NCBI GenBank assembly: GCA_949297415.1 | Contig: CASFSV010000007.1 | Location: forward strand, 4,932-68,931 | Source: an uncultured Alphaproteobacteria bacterium | GTDB lineage: Bacteria > Pseudomonadota > Alphaproteobacteria > RF32 > CAG-239 | Direction: 5' to 3' | DNA length: 64,000 nt | Shown here: one piece after another, positions 57,728-64,000 of the stretch | Numbering within the stretch: position 1 is the first letter of the stretch | Layout: every line of letters begins with the position of its first letter | Notes under the pieces: generated by a model | Seen by the model: only the letters and a program-made list of their open reading frames with translations | Databases searched by the model: none | What the model was told of the DNA's origin: nothing | Position numbers and translations under genes: made by a program

Positions 57728-58033
57728 TTATTTTATACAGGATTTTATAGCGGAAACAGCTTCGCAAAGACGACCGGCCGCATAAAGAAGTTTGTTATAA
57801 TCTGAATGTTGATTGGCTTTAGTAAAAAATAGCTGAATAAGATGATTTTCCAGCATTTCACATTGTTTAGCAACATTTTGCAGCTGTTTATTTAAGCCGT
57901 CATCATCTTCCTGTAAAATCTGATAACCGGTGATTTTGTTATGGTTTTGCGAAAGAAAGTCGTCAAATTCCGCCTCATCGGCAAAGTTTTTATATCCCCT
58001 GCGGCTAGTTATTGTTTCAATCAATACCTTCAT
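57728..58033 (-). CDS. hypothetical protein
   Basis: 101-aa ORF. No family recognised. Confidence 0.45.
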   Translation of the reverse strand: MKVLIETITSRRGYKNFADEAEFDDFLSQNHNKITGYQILQEDDDGLNKQLQNVAKQCEMLENHLIQLFFTKANQHSDYNKLLYAAGRLCEAVSAIKSCIK

Positions 58034-58225
58034 ATTAAATCCTTATGCTTTATAAGGATATTTATTGATTTCTTGCATTCCCAACCCGTTGAATTTAAAA
58101 TAAATGATGATGAATCAAAGCATTAACATGAAAAAATGTTAAAAAAAAAGTGCTTGACTTGAGAATCCCGGCATGATAACCCGGGTGCCATCTTTAAATC
58201 TTGATTGATTTTGATGGAGATTCAA

Positions 58226-58735
58226 ATGGATAGCAACAATTTAATGCAAGCACTTTATGCTATGGATCGGGAGCGGATTAAAACCGAACTCAACGCCGGT
58301 GCGGATGTTAATGCTCCTTATAACAAGCACGGTTGGACGCCTTTTATGTTGGCATGCCGGGAATTTTATGAACCTGAAGCGATTGAAACATTTCTGGCGG
58401 CCGGCGGCAATGTTAACTCCCTCAATCAGTATGAAGAAACGCCTTTTATCATTGCTGCCAAGCACCGGAGTTCACCACAGACATTGTCGGTTTTACTCAA
58501 GGCCGGAGCGGATATCAACGCACAGGATAAATTCGGCAATACCGCGTTTGTTTATATCGTAAAGCATCCGCAGGCTATGATGCGGCTTCGGGTTTTGGAT
58601 TTTATGATTGATAACGGCGCCGATCCGAATATCAAAAACAAGCACGGCAAAACCGTTTGGGATTATGCCGCCGAACAAGAAGGCTTAAGCGATTATCTCT
58701 GTGTCCGTTTGTTGGAGGAGAAGAGCGATGAGTAA
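58226..58735 (+). CDS. ankyrin repeat protein
   Basis: GADVNAPYNKHGWTPFMLAC, GGNVNSLNQYEETPFIIAA, GADINAQDKFGNTAFVYIV and GADPNIKNKHGKTVWDYA are four ANK units. ATG 58226 follows GGAG. Confidence 0.8.
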   Translation: MDSNNLMQALYAMDRERIKTELNAGADVNAPYNKHGWTPFMLACREFYEPEAIETFLAAGGNVNSLNQYEETPFIIAAKHRSSPQTLSVLLKAGADINAQDKFGNTAFVYIVKHPQAMMRLRVLDFMIDNGADPNIKNKHGKTVWDYAAEQEGLSDYLCVRLLEEKSDE

Positions 58736-59054
58736 TGCTGCCCAAATTGCCGCGTTAAACGATGCTTTCAGAGCTAATCCTGCGCTCGGGACATTTGTTT
58801 TAACCGCCGGTATCCGTGCCAATATGCCGCAGGACGTTGCCACAATTCTTAACAAAGTGCGGACTTTTAAGGATTTCAACGAAGGCGACGATCCGTATGG
58901 TGAACACGATTTCGGGACTTTTGATTTTAAGGGCAAGAAGATTTTCTGGAAGATTGATTACTATGACCGCAATTTTGGATTTGCCTCGCCGGATGCTGCC
59001 GATCTGGCGGTTACCAATCGCGTTTTGACCGTTATGTATGCCGACGAATACTAG
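58728..59054 (+). CDS. DUF3768 domain protein
   Basis: IAALNDAFR...DDPYGEHDFGTFDFKGKKIFWKIDYYD...RVLTVMYADEY is the DUF3768 signature. Its ATG overlaps the ankyrin gene stop (ATGAGTAA). Confidence 0.8.
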   Translation: MSNAAQIAALNDAFRANPALGTFVLTAGIRANMPQDVATILNKVRTFKDFNEGDDPYGEHDFGTFDFKGKKIFWKIDYYDRNFGFASPDAADLAVTNRVLTVMYADEY

Positions 59055-59063
59055 GAGCCCGTT

Positions 59064-59222
59064 ATGGAATATGATGTTATTTGCAGCGAAAGCATAGACA
59101 AGCTGGTGGAATATGTGAACGTTTATCTTCAGGACGGTTGGCAATGTCAGGGCGGTATCGGGGTTTTAACCCAAGGGTTGAGTTACAAAGTGTTTTATCA
59201 GGCGGTTGTGAAAGGAAAATAA
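59064..59222 (+). CDS. small DUF1737-like protein (52 aa, below ORF-track cutoff)
   Basis: MEYDVICSESIDKLVEYVNVYLQDGWQCQGGIGV..., AGGAG 6 nt upstream. Its stop lies 1 nt before the next ATG. Confidence 0.55.
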   Translation: MEYDVICSESIDKLVEYVNVYLQDGWQCQGGIGVLTQGLSYKVFYQAVVKGK

Positions 59223-59223
59223 A

Positions 59224-59808
59224 ATGACTAATGACGTTTTTGTGGATGATAAGAAAATCAAGGATATTCTTACCTATATCAGCGGAATGAAGCATGCCGA
59301 ACAAATCCGGATGATGTTTCTTTGTTCCTTAAATGGTATGCGTTCCATCAACTTTGCCTACTTGCAGGTTAAGGACGTTTTTACCGACAACCTCAAAATC
59401 AAAGATGTGATTTGCCTGGATTACGACAAGAACAAAGGCAAAAACAAATGTTCCTACTATATGAACAGCCAGCTGAAGAAGGAATTTTGTGAATATTTGA
59501 AGTATTTACAGCGGAAATGGAAAGACAGACTGACGGCTGAAACATATCTCTTTACTTCGCAGAAATTAAACAAACCTTACAACCGCGCCAGTATCAGCCG
59601 CCTGTTTGCTTCGGTTTACCGGAAATTTAACATTCAGGGTGCGAGCCACTTGGGACGACATCTGTTTGTTTCCAAACTGGTTAATTCCGGCGTGAATATC
59701 TGTATTGTGCAGAAACTGGCCAATCATAAAAACATCAGTACCACCCAGCATTATTTTAATTACAACGACCAAATGCTCGCCAACGCCGTGGAAAATGTTA
59801 GGATTTAA
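59224..59808 (+). CDS. tyrosine recombinase, catalytic domain only (194 aa)
   Basis: GMRSINF (Arg I), SHLGRHLF (HxxR), ANHKNISTTQHY (His, Tyr). No N-terminal core-binding domain. Confidence 0.7.
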   Translation: MTNDVFVDDKKIKDILTYISGMKHAEQIRMMFLCSLNGMRSINFAYLQVKDVFTDNLKIKDVICLDYDKNKGKNKCSYYMNSQLKKEFCEYLKYLQRKWKDRLTAETYLFTSQKLNKPYNRASISRLFASVYRKFNIQGASHLGRHLFVSKLVNSGVNICIVQKLANHKNISTTQHYFNYNDQMLANAVENVRI

Positions 59809-59809
59809 G

Positions 59810-60370
59810 ATGAACAAAGAAGAATACAACAAAATACTCCGTAATTATCAGGCTAAGATTGAATGCCTAAATGAGGAAATGAACGATTTTAAGCAGACAA
59901 ACCTGCCGTTAGTCAAAGAACATATAAAATTACAAAAGCTGCAATGCCGAGAGTGGTTTCTGGAACATTTTGATAAGATTTGGGAAAATCGTCACAAATT
60001 CAAACTGGGAACACCCTATGCCTCGGTTATTGTTGACGGCATCATCATTACAAGCTTTGCTTGCCCGTATTACGGTTACGTGGTAGATAAAATCAGTATT
60101 GGGAATCTGGTGAAACTCTGGGACAACGGCTTTATGTTCAGAGGTTATCCGTTAATCCACTACCGCAGACATCACAATAGTGATTATAGCAGTATTTCCT
60201 ACATTAAAGACCGAAAAATCATCAGCTACGACTATTCCTGCCGGCAACCTCCGGAAGAACAATATATTCCGTCACGACTGGTTTTGCAGATACTCAAAAA
60301 CCTCCGCCGCTACCAACCGGATGATTTGGATAATTACAGAACGGTGAAAGAACTGGCGGAAGTTTTGTAG
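59810..60370 (+). CDS. hypothetical protein
   Basis: ATG 59810 lies 1 nt after the recombinase stop (MNKEEYNKILRNYQ...). The track start 59705 is an overlap artefact. Confidence 0.5.
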   Translation: MNKEEYNKILRNYQAKIECLNEEMNDFKQTNLPLVKEHIKLQKLQCREWFLEHFDKIWENRHKFKLGTPYASVIVDGIIITSFACPYYGYVVDKISIGNLVKLWDNGFMFRGYPLIHYRRHHNSDYSSISYIKDRKIISYDYSCRQPPEEQYIPSRLVLQILKNLRRYQPDDLDNYRTVKELAEVL

Positions 60371-60371
60371 A

Positions 60372-60977
60372 TTAGAACTTATCCGGTAAATCTTTGAGTT
60401 TTGTTCCGTTATACTCAAAATAAGCCGCACCTTGATACGCCCCACTTTTATTCGCTTCACTGCGATTTTCAAATAAATGTCGCACTAGCGGAGACAATTT
60501 CCAAATGTGTCCTTTGTATTCTACCTCTCTTTCCCCGACAACTTTGGCTTTTTCATTTTTGTCTTTAATAAAAGTGACTTTATCTCCGTTTTTGAGTCCT
60601 TTGGCATAGAAATTAAATCTGTTGTTTTGTTCGTTCGTCTTTGCCAAAGCTGTAAATTCTTTCTCACGGTCTTTTACCTGAGGGTAGATGATTTCTCCTT
60701 CAAATGCCGTCAATAAGCGCGTAACCAGTTCGGAATCCAAGGCAAACAGTTCACTTTGTCCCAGTCTTTGTTTAGAAAAGATATCTTGTAACAACCTTTC
60801 TTTTTCCTGATAATCTGAAACTTTGATGGCAAATACTCTTTTAAGTCCGACAACATTATAATAGCCATTCATTTCCAAATAGCGCATCCGTTCAGGATAT
60901 TGCTTTTCCTGAGTAATACCGATTTTAATCAAATCCGGAACAGCTGTTGTCATGATATAAAGTATTCCTGTCGCCAT
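60372..60977 (-). CDS. GIY-YIG (T5orf172/MUG113-type) domain protein with DUF4357-like C-terminal domain
   Basis: GILYIMTTAVPDLIKIGIT...SELFAL and C-terminal FNFYAKGLKNGDKVTFIKDK...VEYKGHIWKLSPL. Same architecture as 49167-49835. Confidence 0.65.
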   Translation of the reverse strand: MATGILYIMTTAVPDLIKIGITQEKQYPERMRYLEMNGYYNVVGLKRVFAIKVSDYQEKERLLQDIFSKQRLGQSELFALDSELVTRLLTAFEGEIIYPQVKDREKEFTALAKTNEQNNRFNFYAKGLKNGDKVTFIKDKNEKAKVVGEREVEYKGHIWKLSPLVRHLFENRSEANKSGAYQGAAYFEYNGTKLKDLPDKF

Positions 60978-61216
60978 TTTAGTTCCTTTCCCAGAAATTA
61001 GCTTATTAAGTTAAGATTACTTTATCAGAAATTATAAAAACGTTAAAAATATGGTAAAATAATTAAATTTTAATGTTTAATAATTATGATTTTAAAATTT
61101 CAAATAAAATCCTAGATAATTCTAACTATATCAAAACAACATTTAAAAACGTGTATTTTTTAACATTTTTGAAGATTTTTTGTTAATTATGTGTTTTATT
61201 GTATATAGGGAGATTT

Positions 61217-61930
61217 ATGGTGATTGATATTGTTACAAATCAAATTATAGATAATTCTGAGCACACCTATGAGAAAAATAATGTTACATTTATTGGTGTA
61301 CGTATTCAAGATATTGAAAGTTATGCCAATAAAATGAAGTTTCAAATTTTAGATACAAGTTGGATTGCTCAAATGTCGCCCTTAAATCAGCAATCTTATT
61401 CAGCAAGAGCTAACGAAACTATAAAAAGTTTAGTCAATAATGTATTGAATGAAGTCAAAAATTCAGTAACAGCGGAATTTGGTGAAATCCTGATATCAAT
61501 GTCAGCTCAAGATGCTCTGAGTATAACACAAGATCACCATATACTTCCTTTATCTGAACTTTGGAAAACTAGAGTTAGAGGAAATGATAGTTTCGATTTT
61601 CATACTGAAACAAAAGAATGCTATATAGTTTTTGGTGAAGCAAAGTACCAGACCAATAAAACATCCTACAATACAGCATTAAAACAGGTAGTGAGATTTA
61701 TAAACCTTCGAAAAGATGATATGGATCTCGCTGATTTAATGAATTTGGTTACAGCCAAAACTAAATCTACATTTGAAACATATGGTGCTTTAAAATCATA
61801 TGCGGCAGCATTTTCTGTAAAAAATTTAAATAATAAAAAACTTATTAAACAAATAAAAGAAAATAAATTTTTTAAGCAACTGATGAGACAATATAAATTA
61901 TATTTGATTGGAATTGAAATATGTCAATAA
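61217..61930 (+). CDS. hamA: HamA-like (DUF1837) protein, Hachiman-type defence system component
   Basis: 237 aa, ATG 61217 after GGGAG. PD-(D/E)xK-like DSFDFH...VFGEAKYQ. Overlaps by 10 nt the start of an SF2 helicase gene, the arrangement characteristic of Hachiman. Confidence 0.55.
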   Translation: MVIDIVTNQIIDNSEHTYEKNNVTFIGVRIQDIESYANKMKFQILDTSWIAQMSPLNQQSYSARANETIKSLVNNVLNEVKNSVTAEFGEILISMSAQDALSITQDHHILPLSELWKTRVRGNDSFDFHTETKECYIVFGEAKYQTNKTSYNTALKQVVRFINLRKDDMDLADLMNLVTAKTKSTFETYGALKSYAAAFSVKNLNNKKLIKQIKENKFFKQLMRQYKLYLIGIEICQ

Positions 61931-64000
61931 AAAATATATTTTCTGAGAAATGTGATATAAATAGAGAACTAAATAGTATATTGAATGAGATTCATACTAA
62001 CGGTCCTATAAATGCGTATAATCTTGAAAAACTAGCATATATAAAAAAATATTATCCAGATAATTTTAACAAAATAGAACATGAATTAATGTATTTATTA
62101 GGGTTGTTTTATAAAACTACAACACCTAAGAGTCTTGTGGAAATTTTTTACAAAATATACCAAGATCATATACAAGAAGAAACTGGAAGCATTTTGACTC
62201 CTGTTCAAGCAAATGCTTTTAATTTAATAAAATCTTATAAATATTTTTCTTTTTCAGCGCCAACAAGTATTGGAAAATCTTATCTCTTTAGAAAAATGAT
62301 AAAAACTTCAAGCAAGGACATTGTAATAATTGTACCTTCAAGAGCTTTGTTGACAGAATATATATTGGAAATTCAAAATGAGGTTCCCAAAGACGTATTG
62401 GTTTTGCAATTTGTCGATTTAATAAATAAAAAGCATACAAAACGTCACATTTTTGTATTAACCCCAGAAAGGACCTCTGATTTATTTAAATATGTAAACC
62501 ATTTGAATGTTGAGTTTTTTCTATTTGATGAAGCTCAAATATCTGAAGAAAGTTTGAGAGGAATACGTTTCGATGCATTAGTTAGAAGAGTGGATAAGAT
62601 TTTTTCTTCATCGAAAATTGTATTTGCACATCCTTTTGTGAATAATCCAGAAGCTCAACTCTCTAAACATCGCTTTATATCTGATGCTATATCTCAAAAT
62701 TATCATCAACAAGCTGTTGGAAAAATATATATAAAATATGATGATGATAATAATTTTGAATATTTTTCTCCAAATGAAGATATAAAAGGTATCATTAAAC
62801 CTGAAAAAAACTTAATTTCACAGATATTAAATAATAATGGAACAATATTGATTTATATTGCAAAGGAAAAAATATATTCTGGAGAATATTTAATTAAATA
62901 TAAAGATATAATAAAAAATTGTCCTGAAATAACAAACCAAGAAGCACTGAATTTAATTGCTGAATTACATGATTATATTGGGGGTTCCAACAAAAGAAAT
63001 GCTATACAATATTCTTCATTGATAGATATGATGAAAAAAGGAATAGTTATTCATCACGGTTCAATACCTTTGTATGGCCGTTTACTCATTGAAAGGTTTA
63101 TAAATAAAGGATTTGCTAAACTGTGTTTTTCTACATCAACTTTAATGTATGGTATAAATTTACCATTTGATATTGTGTGGATTGACTATTTTCATTTTGA
63201 CGGAAATAAAAATGAAAAAATATTAAAATTAAAAAATCTGATAGGTAGAGCCGGTCGCAGCTCTCTTAAAAAGAATAAATTTGATTTTGGATATGTTTTT
63301 ATACATAAAAAGAATATAAAAACTTTTAACAACCGTTTAAATGATGCAGCAAATTTATCAACAACTTCATTACTAGATATTTCTGATAATAAACACTCTG
63401 AAGATGATTTAGATTTGATCAATGCAATTAGAAACAATACTTTTGATCCGTATTCTCAGTTACCCCAAGCACAAATTGATAGAATAAAAAAAGATGAACA
63501 GTTAAATGAGAAAATACGATATATACTGGATGTTTTATTAAAAAATGGTACTTTAACAGCTGAAGAATATTATAAATTATCTAATACTGATAAGGATCTA
63601 TTGAAATCATATATAGCAGACATTTTTTCAAGTCATTTAAGAAGAGATAGCTTAACACCGGCAGAAAAAAGCGTGTTAAGCACGGCAATTCCCATTATGC
63701 TGTGGAGAATACAAGGTCGTTCATTTAAGCACATTGTTTCAATGAGGTATGCTTATGTAACAAACCAAAAAGAACGTAGAGATATTGAAAATAAGTATAA
63801 AAATGAACTAATAAGTGCGACTGAAATGTACGAACGACTAAAAGAAGTCCCATTAAAATATACTCAAATTGCAGCAACTTTGCCCAATAAAACATTAAAA
63901 AAGAATAACTTATTTAATTATGGGAAATTACCAGATTTTAGATATGACATTTTAATGTATGATACATATGATTATCTTGATAAAGTTATTTCTTTTTCTC
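61921..64000 (+). CDS. hamB: HamB-like SF2 (DExx-box) helicase, 3' end beyond window
   Basis: Not in the ORF track (no stop in the window). I translated frame 1 from ATG 61921 to 63999 without a stop. Walker A SAPTSIGKS, Walker B LFDEAQ, motif VI LIGRAGRS. Confidence 0.6.
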   Translation, partial: MSIKNIFSEKCDINRELNSILNEIHTNGPINAYNLEKLAYIKKYYPDNFNKIEHELMYLLGLFYKTTTPKSLVEIFYKIYQDHIQEETGSILTPVQANAFNLIKSYKYFSFSAPTSIGKSYLFRKMIKTSSKDIVIIVPSRALLTEYILEIQNEVPKDVLVLQFVDLINKKHTKRHIFVLTPERTSDLFKYVNHLNVEFFLFDEAQISEESLRGIRFDALVRRVDKIFSSSKIVFAHPFVNNPEAQLSKHRFISDAISQNYHQQAVGKIYIKYDDDNNFEYFSPNEDIKGIIKPEKNLISQILNNNGTILIYIAKEKIYSGEYLIKYKDIIKNCPEITNQEALNLIAELHDYIGGSNKRNAIQYSSLIDMMKKGIVIHHGSIPLYGRLLIERFINKGFAKLCFSTSTLMYGINLPFDIVWIDYFHFDGNKNEKILKLKNLIGRAGRSSLKKNKFDFGYVFIHKKNIKTFNNRLNDAANLSTTSLLDISDNKHSEDDLDLINAIRNNTFDPYSQLPQAQIDRIKKDEQLNEKIRYILDVLLKNGTLTAEEYYKLSNTDKDLLKSYIADIFSSHLRRDSLTPAEKSVLSTAIPIMLWRIQGRSFKHIVSMRYAYVTNQKERRDIENKYKNELISATEMYERLKEVPLKYTQIAATLPNKTLKKNNLFNYGKLPDFRYDILMYDTYDYLDKVISFS

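Larger units (their letters stand above)
34830..64000. mobile_element. tRNA-Gln-adjacent mosaic genomic island / defence island (right end beyond window)
   Basis: The island starts at the tRNA 3' end with a large serine recombinase. It contains an iteron array, a resolvase, a tyrosine recombinase, an R-M system and a Hachiman-like pair. Composition swings strongly, from about 23% to 53% GC in sampled 60-mers. Confidence 0.7.

Noticed and set aside
34830-64000. Second copy of the tRNA-Gln 3' end marking the right island border
   Set aside because: Not seen in the intergenic regions I could scan by eye. Serine recombinases do not generate long direct repeats, and the island appears to continue past the window.

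Overview
AT-rich (about 35-38% GC by hand counts) bacterial chromosome segment. The gene order looks alphaproteobacterial (plsX-fabH-ihfA-merR, rpmF-yceD, bamE, two ycgN-like genes, dnaB). Ankyrin-repeat proteins and an autotransporter suggest a host-associated or intracellular lifestyle; this is inference.

Layout:
- 1-4.3 kb: cca (cut by the window edge) and tRNA-Lys(CUU), then a 3.6 kb islet bracketed by an exact 41-nt copy of the tRNA 3' half. The islet carries two SNase-like nucleases, a hyperacidic protein and an IS110-family element.
- 4.3-34.7 kb: core genes clpB, membrane glycosyltransferase-like proteins, merR/ihfA/fabH/plsX/rpmF/yceD, bamE, dnaB, galE, terC, ispA/xseB/cysS, marC, nrdAB.
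- 34.75 kb to the window end: tRNA-Gln(UUG), then a mosaic genomic island that opens with a large serine recombinase.

The island alternates GC-richer backbone modules with very AT-rich cassettes.
- Backbone modules: recombinase, iteron-like array with a wHTH protein, lipoprotein hydrolase, autotransporter, ankyrin/DUF3768, and a tyrosine recombinase.
- AT-rich cassettes: a complete Type I R-M system with an extra embedded ORF, two T5orf172 GIY-YIG proteins, an AlbA_2/Schlafen-like protein, a SLOG/SHOCT/membrane three-gene cassette beside a resolvase, and a Hachiman-like hamA/hamB pair.

hamB and cca run off the window edges and are missing from the ORF track.

Most interesting non-coding signals:
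- A trpL-like Cys-Cys leader-peptide attenuator upstream of cysS.
- A roughly 190-nt highly structured leader or sRNA upstream of the autotransporter.

All coordinates of small elements were derived by hand and may be off by a few nt.
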